DNA from: an archaeon
GTDB taxonomy: Archaea; Nanobdellota; Nanobdellia; Pacearchaeales; GW2011-AR1
Assembly (NCBI GenBank): GCA_043815245.1
Contig: JBDRJD010000044.1
Coordinates: 1-54,434 of the forward strand
DNA: 54,434 bases
Reading direction: 5' to 3'
Shown: positions 1 through 9,959 of the stretch, piece after piece
How the letters are laid out: each line of letters begins with the position of its first letter
How positions within the stretch are numbered: position 1 is the first letter of the stretch
The notes under the pieces: model-generated
The model's database searches: none
Told to the model about the DNA's origin: nothing
What the model saw: the letters and a program-made list of their open reading frames with translations, nothing else
Program-made: the position numbers and the translations under genes

Positions 1-47
1 TCTTCTGCTACTTTTTTTCTATACTGCGTTCTTTCGTCTTCTGCCAT
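1..47 (-). CDS. 5' fragment of a CDS running off the window edge (MAEDERTQYRKKVAE...); possibly the AICAR transformylase half of a split PurH
   Basis: ATG at 47-45, 1 bp after the stop of the IMP cyclohydrolase ORF, and the frame is open to the edge. Product is inferred from context only. Confidence 0.35.
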   Translation of the reverse strand, partial: MAEDERTQYRKKVAE

Positions 48-48
48 T

Positions 49-822
49 TTATTTTCCAAATTCACTAGTTTTATTATGAATAGTAGGATAGGCTGCTCTA
101 ATGTCTTGAGGAGTAAGATCTCTTGTGAAGTCGCGTATTGCACTGAAATAGTCTGCAAGATCTTCTGATGCATTTTTCATGGCTGCTAATCTTGAGTCTA
201 TACTTATTTGTCCATTGTATCTTACTAAATCCTCAGCAAACATGGCATAATCTTCTGGGCGAGTAGCTACGGCTGTTGTTAAAAATCCTTTCCTAGAGGT
301 GTGCACGGCAGTTGGGCCTCCAACGTCCATTTGTTGGCGTATTATCTCTATAGCGGCTGCATCAGCACTTTTTGGGTTTTTACTAACTGCTTCTTGAAAT
401 GGATAAAAATTGACTATTACCATATCTATTTCAGGAATACCGTGATGAGTAAGATATTTTGCGTCGCTAGGAGTGTAAGGATGTGCCAACATACCTACAT
501 ATAGTTTAGGATTCATGGATTTCACTAGGCCTGTTTCCATTTCAGGCCAGCCGGTATAATCTCCGATTTCTATTACCTTATATCCGGCCTTTTCTATGTG
601 TTCGGCTGTTCCACCTGTAGAGATAACTATCGCATTAGGACTAACTCCAAATAAAACTCCTACTAATCCATTTTCTGGGAGTCCGGGAATAGTGCTTCCA
701 TCCGAGCGTTGATTAGTTGTTAAGCCTGCTTTATCAGTTGTGGTTGCAAATACATGCTTGATTGGTACAAGGTCATCAATCTCTTTAACTGGTATTATCT
801 TACCCATTAGTATTCTTTCCAC
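49..822 (-). CDS. purH: IMP cyclohydrolase (MGS-like N-terminal domain of PurH), standalone
   Basis: Motifs STGGTA, TGWPEM..GLVKSMNPKLYVGML, IDMVIVNFYPF and MDVGGPT match the PurH IMPCH domain. No AICARFT domain follows. Likely ATG at 807. Confidence 0.85.
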   Translation of the reverse strand: MERILMGKIIPVKEIDDLVPIKHVFATTTDKAGLTTNQRSDGSTIPGLPENGLVGVLFGVSPNAIVISTGGTAEHIEKAGYKVIEIGDYTGWPEMETGLVKSMNPKLYVGMLAHPYTPSDAKYLTHHGIPEIDMVIVNFYPFQEAVSKNPKSADAAAIEIIRQQMDVGGPTAVHTSRKGFLTTAVATRPEDYAMFAEDLVRYNGQISIDSRLAAMKNASEDLADYFSAIRDFTRDLTPQDIRAAYPTIHNKTSEFGK

Positions 823-901
823 TTTATTATATTTAAAAGTTCTTCATCGGTATTGAGTAATGAAAATTATTAGATAACTGAGTGTAGAAATACTTTTAAA
901 G

Positions 902-3900
902 ATGTATGATGAGAGAATTATAATGGTCCATAGAATTGAGGTGATGAAAAAAATTCCTGATTCTGCGGCAACAATAAAGAAAAGACAGTTGCAAGAGTTG
1001 GGTTTTAGAGTTGAAGATATTTCTCTAGTAAAAGCCTATACTATTGATGCTACTCTTTCTGAACCTCAACTTGCTGATATTGCTGAAATGCTTTGCGATT
1101 CTGTATTTGAAACTTTTGCTATTGATAAACCTGTTTTTCAGGGAGAGTTTACGCAGGCTGTGGAAATTGGCTCTCAGCCAGGAGTTACTGATAATCCTGG
1201 AAGGACAGTTAGAGATGAGATCATGGAGATTTTTGGAACTAGGTTTGATGACCAAGGAGTTTATTCTGCAAAGATATTTTATCTTTCAGGTGACATTAGC
1301 AGAGAGCAGGCCGTGGTTTTTGGAAACTCTGAAGCTAACACTTTAATTGAGAAAATTACAGTTGTATCACAAGATGATTTTAAGAAAAGGGGTGGAATGG
1401 AGATAAGGGTTCCTAAAGTAAAGCTTCCTCCAGTGAAAAAAGCTGATCTTGTGGATCTTTTAAATGCAGATGATGCAGAGATGCAGAGAATTGGAAAACT
1501 TGGTGTTTATGATCATAATCAAGAGATTTCAGAATCAGATTATGCTAATTCACAACAGCAAGCAGTTGGTAAAAACGAGGATTGGAGATTAGGAGATTTA
1601 TTTGAAGAAAGTGGAAAATTCTTTAAGAAAGTTAGGAGAGGTCCTCTAGCAATGAGTCTTGAGTATATACGGGCCGTTAAAGATTATTTTGTTGAAGAGT
1701 GTAGAAATCCTTTTGATGCTGAAGTTGAAGTTCTTGCACAAACCTGGAGTGAGCACTGTAAGCACACAATTTTTGCTGATGCTATGGATGATATTGAGGA
1801 AGGTATTATGAAGCGTTATATTAAAGGAGCTACTGATAAAATCAGAAAGCTAAAAGGAAATAAAGATATTTGTGTTAGTGTGTTTGAAGATAATGCTGGA
1901 GTAATAAAGTTTGATGATAACTGGAATTTTGTTTATAAAGTAGAGACGCATAATTCCCCATCAGCATTAGATCCGTATGGTGGGGCTATTACTGGAATTG
2001 TAGGGGTTAATAGAGATCCGTTTGGAACTGGAAAAGGTGCAAGGTTAGTTATTAATCAGTCTGGACCGTTTATGACTGGAAGCCAATTTAATAACCGAGT
2101 TCTATCAAAAGGGAAGGTTCCGGGTGAGCAGATAATGCTCTCTCCAAGAAGGATTCATGGAGGAGTTTTTGATGGAGTGAGAGACGGAGGCAATCAGTCT
2201 GGAATTCCTTCTTTTCATCAATTTAGTGTTTTTGCTGACAGATATAATCCTAAAACAGATTTAGAAAGTTTGACAAGTGTAGAACAAGACTCAATTATGT
2301 ATCAGGGGTATGATGGAAAGCCATTGGTTTTTGTTGGTTCTGGAGGGATAATGCCTAGAGAGATCAATGGAGAGCCTTCTCATGTGAAAAAAGCCCAACC
2401 TGGAGATTTGATTGTGATGGTTGGGGGAAGAATCGGGAAGGATGGGATTCATGGAGCTACTTTTTCTTCTGAAGAAATGGATGCTGGAAGCCCAGCTACT
2501 GCTGTCCAGATTGGAGATGCATTTACTCAGAAAAAAATGCATGATATGGTTTTAATTGCAAGAGATAGGGGTTTGTATAGGAGCATTACTGATAATGGGG
2601 CTGGTGGTTTGAGTTGTTCTGTGGGAGAGATGTCAAAAGAAAGTGGAGGTTGCTATGTTGAGTTAGAAAAAGCACCTTTGAAATATCAAGGTTTAGAACC
2701 TTGGGAAATTTTAGTTTCAGAAGCTCAAGAAAGAATGACTTTAGCTGTCCAAGGTGATAAAATTGATGAGTTCTTGGCTTTAGCTAAAATGTGTGATGTT
2801 GAAGCTACTGTAATTGGAGAGTTTAATGAGTCTGGAAGATTTAAGGTGGATTATCATGGAGATACTGTCGTTGATATTGATCTGGACTTTTTGCACAATG
2901 GTTTGCCTAAAACTCATTTGAAAACTAAGGAAGTTAAAAGAACTTACAAAGAGCCTGAGTTTGATTGTTTAGAGAATTTAACTGACACTTTACTTACTAT
3001 GCTTTCTAGAGAAAATATTGCTAGCCATGAGTATATTTCTCAAGCTTATGATCATGAGGTTAAAGGTGGAAGTGTTTTGAAACCTTTACAAGGTAGAGGG
3101 AGAGTTGATGGAAGTGCGGTTGCCTTTAGACCTGTGTTGGATTCTGAGAAGGCGGTTGTGATCAGCGAGGGTGTTAATCCATCTTATAGTGATATTAGTG
3201 CTTATGATATGGCTGCTTGTGCAATTGACACTGCTATTAGGAATGTTGTTGCTGCTGGAGGAAGATTAGAGGATGTTCATTTGTTAGATAATTTTTGCTG
3301 GAGCAGTTCAAAAGATCCAACACGATTATGGCAGTTAAAAGAAGCTGCAAGAGCTTGTCATGATTATGCTATTGCTTATCTTGCCCCTTTAATTTCTGGA
3401 AAGGATAGCATGTTTAATGACTTTGAAGGCTTTGATGAGAACGGAAATCCTATAAAGATTTCTGTGCCACCGACTTTGCTTATGACTGCTATTAGTTATA
3501 TTAGTCGTGCAAGAAAAGCTGTTTCACTAGACTTTAAGTGTGAAGGAGATTTGATTTATGTTTTAGGTGAAACTAAGGAGGAGTTAGGTGGAAGTGAGTA
3601 TTTTGCTATGAAAGGAGAAGAAGCTAGGGGAGAAAGATTTATTGGTAACTCTGTTCCTAAAGTTAATGCAAAAAAGAATTTGAAAACTTATCAAGCTTTA
3701 GAAAAAGCAATTCAAGAAGGGTTGGTAGTTTCTTCCTTGGGTGTTGATAAAGGGGGGTTAGGAGTTGCACTATCGAAATGTGCAATGGGGGGGAGGATGG
3801 GAATGGAAGTGAATTTGGCAAAAGCAATTGGGAATTTTGATAGAGATGATTATGGGTTGTTTTCTCAATCTCAGGGTAGAGTTGTTGTAAGTATTAATCC

Positions 3901-4075
3901 TGAGTATAAGGATAGATTTGAAAAATTAATGGGCAAGACAGATTATTCACAGGTTGGTGTCGTGAGAGAGGGTGATGGAGATGTTGTGATGCAAGGAATT
4001 TTAGGTGAAGAAGTAGTTAAAACTGATGTTAGAACAATGTTAAGTAAATATAAAGGAACATTTAAGGATTTTTAG
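902..4075 (+). CDS. purL: Phosphoribosylformylglycinamidine synthase PurL with fused N-terminal PurS-like region
   Basis: QTWSEHCKH, DNAGV, KVETHNSPS, GRIGKDGIHGATFSS, DNGAGGL, SEAQERM, LDNFCW and ISGKDS; N-terminal PGVTDNPG. Likely start at 923. Confidence 0.95.
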   Translation: MYDERIIMVHRIEVMKKIPDSAATIKKRQLQELGFRVEDISLVKAYTIDATLSEPQLADIAEMLCDSVFETFAIDKPVFQGEFTQAVEIGSQPGVTDNPGRTVRDEIMEIFGTRFDDQGVYSAKIFYLSGDISREQAVVFGNSEANTLIEKITVVSQDDFKKRGGMEIRVPKVKLPPVKKADLVDLLNADDAEMQRIGKLGVYDHNQEISESDYANSQQQAVGKNEDWRLGDLFEESGKFFKKVRRGPLAMSLEYIRAVKDYFVEECRNPFDAEVEVLAQTWSEHCKHTIFADAMDDIEEGIMKRYIKGATDKIRKLKGNKDICVSVFEDNAGVIKFDDNWNFVYKVETHNSPSALDPYGGAITGIVGVNRDPFGTGKGARLVINQSGPFMTGSQFNNRVLSKGKVPGEQIMLSPRRIHGGVFDGVRDGGNQSGIPSFHQFSVFADRYNPKTDLESLTSVEQDSIMYQGYDGKPLVFVGSGGIMPREINGEPSHVKKAQPGDLIVMVGGRIGKDGIHGATFSSEEMDAGSPATAVQIGDAFTQKKMHDMVLIARDRGLYRSITDNGAGGLSCSVGEMSKESGGCYVELEKAPLKYQGLEPWEILVSEAQERMTLAVQGDKIDEFLALAKMCDVEATVIGEFNESGRFKVDYHGDTVVDIDLDFLHNGLPKTHLKTKEVKRTYKEPEFDCLENLTDTLLTMLSRENIASHEYISQAYDHEVKGGSVLKPLQGRGRVDGSAVAFRPVLDSEKAVVISEGVNPSYSDISAYDMAACAIDTAIRNVVAAGGRLEDVHLLDNFCWSSSKDPTRLWQLKEAARACHDYAIAYLAPLISGKDSMFNDFEGFDENGNPIKISVPPTLLMTAISYISRARKAVSLDFKCEGDLIYVLGETKEELGGSEYFAMKGEEARGERFIGNSVPKVNAKKNLKTYQALEKAIQEGLVVSSLGVDKGGLGVALSKCAMGGRMGMEVNLAKAIGNFDRDDYGLFSQSQGRVVVSINPEYKDRFEKLMGKTDYSQVGVVREGDGDVVMQGILGEEVVKTDVRTMLSKYKGTFKDF

Positions 4076-4079
4076 AAAG

Positions 4080-4901
4080 ATGGCACAAGCAAGAGTTTTA
4101 GTTTGGGCAGGTGAGGGGCTTAATTGTGAAGCTGAAACCGAGTATGCATTTAATCGAGTAGGTGGTTTAGCAGAACAAGTGCATGTGAATGATTTTTTAA
4201 GTAACCCTAAAATGCTTCGAGATTACCAGATTTTAGCTGGGCCTGGAGGATTTTCATATGGAGATCATACAGGGGCTGGAAAAGTTCTTGCAAATAGATT
4301 AAGAAGAGCGCAAGATGAGATTTTTAGGCATGTTGATAATGGAAGACTTGTAATTGGCATTTGTAATGATGCTCAGGTTCTTGCTAAAATGGGGTTAGCT
4401 CCTGCTCTTGGAAAAAGGTACGGGGAAAGGCAGGTAGCTTTTATTGATAATGATCCTGTTGAAGGAAATCCAAATGGTAGATATTGGAATAGGTGGGTTG
4501 ATCTTAAGTATAACTCTGGCAGTCCGTGGACTAGGGGCGTGGGCATAATAAGTATGCCTATGGCTCATGGTGAGGGGAATTTTTATGCGTCTCCTGAAGT
4601 CTTAGCCGAGATTAAAGAAAAAGGATTGATTGCAGCTAGATATGTAAAAGATGAGATTTGTATGTATGAGGATCTTGTTGCAAATCCAAATGGTTCTTTA
4701 GATGATATTGCAGGCATATTTGATGAAACAAAAAATGTGCTACTTCAGATGCCTCATCCTGAAAGAGCCCAAGATCAGTGTCATAGGCCTGATTGGATGT
4801 GGAGTAAAGAGAGAATTAAGAGGATATTTGGAAGAGAGAAGATGCCTGAAGAGGGCGAAGGACTTGCAATATTTCGTAATGGAGTTAGTTACTTTAGTTA
4901 A
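4080..4901 (+). CDS. purQ: FGAM synthase glutaminase subunit PurQ
   Basis: GLNCEAET, PGGFSYGD, GICN, AHGEG, NPNGS and MPHPER; adjacent to purL. Confidence 0.93.
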   Translation: MAQARVLVWAGEGLNCEAETEYAFNRVGGLAEQVHVNDFLSNPKMLRDYQILAGPGGFSYGDHTGAGKVLANRLRRAQDEIFRHVDNGRLVIGICNDAQVLAKMGLAPALGKRYGERQVAFIDNDPVEGNPNGRYWNRWVDLKYNSGSPWTRGVGIISMPMAHGEGNFYASPEVLAEIKEKGLIAARYVKDEICMYEDLVANPNGSLDDIAGIFDETKNVLLQMPHPERAQDQCHRPDWMWSKERIKRIFGREKMPEEGEGLAIFRNGVSYFS

Positions 4902-4945
4902 TGGAAGACAATAATACTTAAATAATATTTAAGGTTTGAAAAAAC

Positions 4946-6280
4946 ATGGGAAGAGAAAATGTGATTGTTGTTGGAAGTGGTGGAAGGGAGCATACACTTG
5001 CTGATTTATTAAAAGGAGAGGGCAGAATGATTTTTGGAGCGCCGGGCAATCCTGGTTTTGTTTCTGATAGACCCCAAAATGTAGGGATTGATGGCACTAA
5101 ACCAGAGAATTTTCAAGCTTTATATGATTTTGCAGTTAGTAATAATGTTGGGATGATTGTTGTAGGTCCTGAAGGTCCGCTTTGTGACGGGCTAGTTAAT
5201 TTTATTAATTCTAAAGGTGATGAAAGAGTTAAAGTATTTGGGCCTACTTCTCAGGCTGCAATGTTAGAAGCTGATAAGTTTCATTCTTATAGAATAAATG
5301 ATGGACTTGGAATTCCGCAAGCAAGATCAATTATCTGTGAAAAGGTTGAGCAGTTTCCTAGGAGGGCCTTAGATGCGATTGATGCATTAGTAAATGAGCA
5401 TGGTATTGTTCTTAAAGATAGAGGATTGACTGGGGGTAAGGGGGTTAGTGTGTATGATTCTGCAGAGAAAGCAAGGAAAGAGCTATTAAGTCATGCTTAT
5501 ACTTATAGCGGGGATATTTTAGTTGCTGAAAGATTGAAGGGGCAGGAGTATTCTGTTTTTTGCATTGCTGATGGTGAAAATGTGAAGCCAATTTTAATTT
5601 CTTTTCAAGATCATAAGCCTTTGCTTGATGGAGATAAAGGTCCGAATACTGGGGGTATGGGGGCTTATGGGCCTGCTCCGATTGCGGATAGAGGAAGAGT
5701 GGCAAGAGTTTGTGGAAAGATTGCTGGGCCAATAGTCAGGAATACTGGTTTTCAAGGATTCTTATATCTTGGAATGATGTTGGATGAAAGGGATGGGGTG
5801 GACAAAGTTATTGAGTATAATGTTAGATTTGGAGATCCTGAAGCTCAGCCTCTTGGTATGTTGCTGAAGAGGGGGTTATATGAACCATTAAGATTGGCTT
5901 TAGAAGGTAGATTAGATGAAGCTGAGTTTGAATTTAAACCAGGAGCTGCGGTTTGTGTTGTATTGGCTACTCCTGGTTATCCCACTTCAGAGTATAAGGC
6001 AAATACAAAAAGAATTATTCATGGTTTAGAAGCAGTTGCTGAAATGGAAAATGTAAAAGCTTATCATGCTGGAACTGGATTTGATGCAGAATTAAATATT
6101 ATTAATACTGGGGGCCGGGTTTTAGGGATTACGGCCTATGGTGAAGGAGAAGATGTTTTTGAAAGTATAAAAACTGCACAGAAATTAGCTTATGTTGCTG
6201 CTGGAAAGATTATGTTTGGAGATTTGACTCCCCACTACAGATCAGATATTGGGGATAAGGCATTTTTATTAGTTACTTAA
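4946..6280 (+). CDS. purD: Phosphoribosylamine-glycine ligase
   Basis: VGSGGREH, VVGPEGPL, GGKGV, QDHKPLLDGDKGPNTGGMGAY, EYNVRFGDPEAQ and GGRVL. Confidence 0.95.
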   Translation: MGRENVIVVGSGGREHTLADLLKGEGRMIFGAPGNPGFVSDRPQNVGIDGTKPENFQALYDFAVSNNVGMIVVGPEGPLCDGLVNFINSKGDERVKVFGPTSQAAMLEADKFHSYRINDGLGIPQARSIICEKVEQFPRRALDAIDALVNEHGIVLKDRGLTGGKGVSVYDSAEKARKELLSHAYTYSGDILVAERLKGQEYSVFCIADGENVKPILISFQDHKPLLDGDKGPNTGGMGAYGPAPIADRGRVARVCGKIAGPIVRNTGFQGFLYLGMMLDERDGVDKVIEYNVRFGDPEAQPLGMLLKRGLYEPLRLALEGRLDEAEFEFKPGAAVCVVLATPGYPTSEYKANTKRIIHGLEAVAEMENVKAYHAGTGFDAELNIINTGGRVLGITAYGEGEDVFESIKTAQKLAYVAAGKIMFGDLTPHYRSDIGDKAFLLVT

Positions 6281-7158
6281 TCTGCTAATTCTATGGAAAG
6301 GTGCCTTTCGTGTTTGTTATAAGATTTTCTTTTAGCGTCTTTTATTTCTAATAAAGTTCTTCGTAAAGAGGGATTTTGAAGTGAGAGAATTTTTGCTGCG
6401 TATATTGCTAAATTGTCTGATCCACGGACTTGGGCAAATGGTACTGAGTCAAGTACTTGTCCTAAATTATGCCAGTGGTTTCTTTCTTCTGAATCTCTTA
6501 AATAAGTCCAACTATTCATATTTGCATCACTATCTGCTCTGATTAAGCATTGTGCGTATGGGTAAATATTGGTTTGATCTGACTTTGAATAGCTTAGGTG
6601 AAGTGCATGGGGATAGGAGCCTGTTTTATAGTTAATTCCTAAGCTAAGAAGCTTTTTTTCAAGCTTGCCTTTACTTTCATCTTCAATTATACAGACTTCT
6701 TGATCTTCAAGAGTTAGCATTTTATATGCAAGCATGAGTGCTTTTTCTTTTTGATTTGTTTTTGATTGGCTAGATACAATTTCTTCTTTATCTACGCCTA
6801 CGCCTGCTACTACTGCGTGTCCTGATGGAACCATAAATGCCTGATAAGCTACTAAGTCGTCAGGAACGCTTATAATTGGAAATGTTACTTGGGTGGCTTG
6901 TAAGCTTGATAGGGCTAAATAAAGACCTCCACTAAAGATTCCTACTACTCTGTCTCCTGAAGCTGCTCTTGATTCTAGTTCTGCACTGTATTTATTCATT
7001 AAATCAGGACAGCCGTGGCATGATTGGATAATCTCAGATTCAAATACAAAAATTCCTTTTCTTTCCATCCAGTCTTTGTAGTGGATTCTATCTAATGTAA
7101 CTCCTTCAAAACCTGGATCTTTTTCAGATCCTTTTCCAATGAATAATATTTTTTTCAT
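6277..7158 (-). CDS. purE: Divergent PurE (AIR carboxylase/N5-CAIR mutase)-like protein, apparently two-domain
   Basis: SCHGCP aligns with SAHRTP; FSGGLYLALSS..ATQVTFPIISVP..MVPSG and a C-terminal VPFAQV..NLAIYAAKIL resemble PurE segments; last gene of the purM-purC-purB run. Confidence 0.6.
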   Translation of the reverse strand: MKKILFIGKGSEKDPGFEGVTLDRIHYKDWMERKGIFVFESEIIQSCHGCPDLMNKYSAELESRAASGDRVVGIFSGGLYLALSSLQATQVTFPIISVPDDLVAYQAFMVPSGHAVVAGVGVDKEEIVSSQSKTNQKEKALMLAYKMLTLEDQEVCIIEDESKGKLEKKLLSLGINYKTGSYPHALHLSYSKSDQTNIYPYAQCLIRADSDANMNSWTYLRDSEERNHWHNLGQVLDSVPFAQVRGSDNLAIYAAKILSLQNPSLRRTLLEIKDAKRKSYNKHERHLSIELAD

Positions 7159-8624
7159 TTTCCTATTACCTTCCTTGCATATCTAAGATTATGATTTGTT
7201 CTTGTCTTAGAAGAGCCGGTATAAAGCTCTAGTTTTCCTTGTAGGATTTCTTGCTGTCTTTTAGGCAGGGATTCAAGAACTGCATTTAGATCGTCATCGT
7301 CTAGAGCAACTCTTATCAAAGGAACCTCTCTTTGTAATGCTAGCTTACCTAGTTGTTTAACTGTATTATGAGGGTCTCCATACGCTGGGTGAACTAATCC
7401 TTGGCCTCTGAAGATAGCTGTCATTGCTTCACTTGGGTAGTCTCTTACATGCTCAAGATTTTTTTCAAGGCGATCTTTGTTAAATGATAACTGATTTAAT
7501 GATTTATTTAACCTTTCAAAAGCACCATAGGTTTCTACTATCATTGCTTGGGGTTGATATCTTGCGACCTTTGAACCTTTTAAATCTCTCTGAAAATCTG
7601 ATTGAATCAGAGAATATAAAGCCCTCATACCTCCTTCTACAATTGGTTCTGTTCCCCCTATATTTTCCCAATCTATAGGATTATTTTTCATTGCATCAGC
7701 ACTGCTTCCTCCTAATCTTTCTGCATGTTCCCTTGAAGTTACTTCTTTAATCGCTGAGGAGTACATTTTTCTTATATCGTCGGCAAAATCAGCTAGCACA
7801 TGCATTAAGGTGGTTAAACCGTGGCCTATATCTGATAGTCTTTCTTTTTGTACGATTTGTGTTGAAGTATAATCTGGCTTTAGGCCAAGCTTTTTGAGAA
7901 CTGCTTTTTCAAATTCAAATGATTTTCCATCGCCTATTACCATATCAATTCCTGCTCCTGTGCCCACTATTCCTGAGATTTTTCCTCTTAAATCATTAAA
8001 GTATAGGTCGCATCTTTTTATCCTCTCAGCAATTCTAGCTGCGTATGAAGAAATAGTTTGAGCTAAAGGAACCGGGGAGGTGTCTTTTAAATGTGTTCTG
8101 CCTACTTGTAAAAGTTCTTCTTTCCATGCCATTTCTGTAATTTCACAGAGTTTCTCTACTGATTTTATTGTTTCAGGGCGGATTACTTCATTCCATGCCC
8201 TCATAAATAAATATGAGCGTGCAGTATCAAGTATATCAAAAGAAGTTGTTCCTGGATGTAACAGGGCTTTTGTTTCAGGCTTTGTAAATCTTCCAATTTC
8301 TTCTATGACTGCTAGTTGGTCGTGTTTGGTAATATATCTTTCAATGAAAACCATATTTAATGGACTTATACTTCCTAATGCTTGCTCCAGGTCTTCAAGG
8401 GCTTCTTTGGGAGCTTTTCCAAATTCTACTCTTGTTTCTAGAAGAACTCTTTGAATTTCAGCACAAGTTTTCCATTCTGCCCAAGGTGTTAAATAATCTT
8501 TAAGTTCCTGTGTTGTAACAAGATATTTGGTATCATCTGGTGAAATACAATTTTGAAAAACAAAAGTTAGGCTTTCAAGATTATCTTCATCTAGTCTGCT
8601 TAGTATATCCAGTTCATCAATCAT
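7155..8624 (-). CDS. purB: Adenylosuccinate lyase
   Basis: ISPDD.KY, TKHD, LHPGTTSFDI.DTA, GRTH, GKISGIVGT, STQI, GSSADAMKNNP and FQRDL. Confidence 0.9.
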   Translation of the reverse strand: MIDELDILSRLDEDNLESLTFVFQNCISPDDTKYLVTTQELKDYLTPWAEWKTCAEIQRVLLETRVEFGKAPKEALEDLEQALGSISPLNMVFIERYITKHDQLAVIEEIGRFTKPETKALLHPGTTSFDILDTARSYLFMRAWNEVIRPETIKSVEKLCEITEMAWKEELLQVGRTHLKDTSPVPLAQTISSYAARIAERIKRCDLYFNDLRGKISGIVGTGAGIDMVIGDGKSFEFEKAVLKKLGLKPDYTSTQIVQKERLSDIGHGLTTLMHVLADFADDIRKMYSSAIKEVTSREHAERLGGSSADAMKNNPIDWENIGGTEPIVEGGMRALYSLIQSDFQRDLKGSKVARYQPQAMIVETYGAFERLNKSLNQLSFNKDRLEKNLEHVRDYPSEAMTAIFRGQGLVHPAYGDPHNTVKQLGKLALQREVPLIRVALDDDDLNAVLESLPKRQQEILQGKLELYTGSSKTRTNHNLRYARKVIGK

Positions 8625-8632
8625 TTTAAAAA

Positions 8633-9958
8633 TTAAGCCACTTTTTCAAATTCAAGCACGCTAGCATAAGGTAAGAATTCATCTACCCACGAGTCTAGTG
8701 GAGGGGCATCAAATACTGTTGTTTGGAAAGTTCGATTAGCTACTTCTGCAATTGCATATTCCATTAAATCAACTGCATGATCTGTAACAGCTTGCATGTC
8801 AATTCCCATATCTTTAGCTATTGCTGGGAATTCTTTTTGCCAATCTCCGTGTTCTCCTGCTTTTTCTATTGCTCGAGCTTTTGCTATTGGGATGCTTTCT
8901 CTTCTGAATATTGCCCGCATTATCTCTTTGTTTGTAGGAATAGCATATTTTATCCCATCTCTTTCTAAAACTATCATTTTACGGTTTTCGTCTATTGTGC
9001 ATGCAAAATCTGTTGCTCTAGGTTCTCCGTATAGAACTACGCACTCTAATTTTCCATCAATATTTAGAATATTTCTTTCGTGACAGTAGTTAATTTGATG
9101 TTCAGCGATTTTTGGAACCCAGGTTTGTGACCACTTCGCATATCTTTCAGGATCCATTCCACTTAAGACTTGTGCTTCTTGCGCTGTTAATGGGCGGTCG
9201 CCAGCTTTTTCAAATTTAGAAGTTGAATCATATGCGAAATTTGCAAGAATATAACCTGGATTTGGTATTTTGTGACCAAGGCTTGCTTCTGCTAAAACTG
9301 CTTCAAGTTTAGGATACTCGTGAATTCCGTTTTCTTCTACCATTGACCTAATTTCATCTAACTGTTCTACTGTTTCTTCATATGTTGCTAGACTCTCATA
9401 AACTTCTGCCATGCCCACTGCTTTGAATATTTTACTGAATGTTGAGCTTCCAAGAGGGAACCCTTTCCTGAAAATAGATTCTACATCACCTATTCCATTT
9501 TGTAGTCTTCCTGAGCGCAAAGCTCTGCGGTATGCTTCTAGTTGTGGTTTTGATTTTGGATCAAAGGGTTTTCTTCTAATTTTCTTCCAGTAGCTTTCTG
9601 GAGAATGAGATAGGTCCATTACTATCATATCTGAAAGTTCTCCTTTATCAAGAAGTTCTTGGGCGGGAGTTACTTTTCCGTCTTTTGAAAGCATGCCTAA
9701 ATAACAAGTTTGAATATCAGGATGAGAATTTGTAAGCGCTTCAAAATAAAGTCCGGTTTCCATTGCTAGAGTGCAGGACTTATTTTGGATCTCCACGTCT
9801 GGAATTAGCTCTTTTAGATCAAGAACTGAGAATCTTCCACTAACTTTCCATGGACCGCGCCCTAATCTTGCTTTTTCAGCTGGAACATACAATCCACTAG
9901 GTATATTATAGCCAAACTGCATTCCGGTTCTTGTAATTAGATCTTTTACACTTCCCAT
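8633..9958 (-). CDS. purC: SAICAR synthetase, long divergent archaeal type
   Basis: N-terminal MGSVKDL, RFSVLD, E.IFR.G.PLGSS, DSTSKFE, IDGKLE and TIDENR; position in the purine cluster. Confidence 0.8.
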   Translation of the reverse strand: MGSVKDLITRTGMQFGYNIPSGLYVPAEKARLGRGPWKVSGRFSVLDLKELIPDVEIQNKSCTLAMETGLYFEALTNSHPDIQTCYLGMLSKDGKVTPAQELLDKGELSDMIVMDLSHSPESYWKKIRRKPFDPKSKPQLEAYRRALRSGRLQNGIGDVESIFRKGFPLGSSTFSKIFKAVGMAEVYESLATYEETVEQLDEIRSMVEENGIHEYPKLEAVLAEASLGHKIPNPGYILANFAYDSTSKFEKAGDRPLTAQEAQVLSGMDPERYAKWSQTWVPKIAEHQINYCHERNILNIDGKLECVVLYGEPRATDFACTIDENRKMIVLERDGIKYAIPTNKEIMRAIFRRESIPIAKARAIEKAGEHGDWQKEFPAIAKDMGIDMQAVTDHAVDLMEYAIAEVANRTFQTTVFDAPPLDSWVDEFLPYASVLEFEKVA

Positions 9959-9959
9959 T

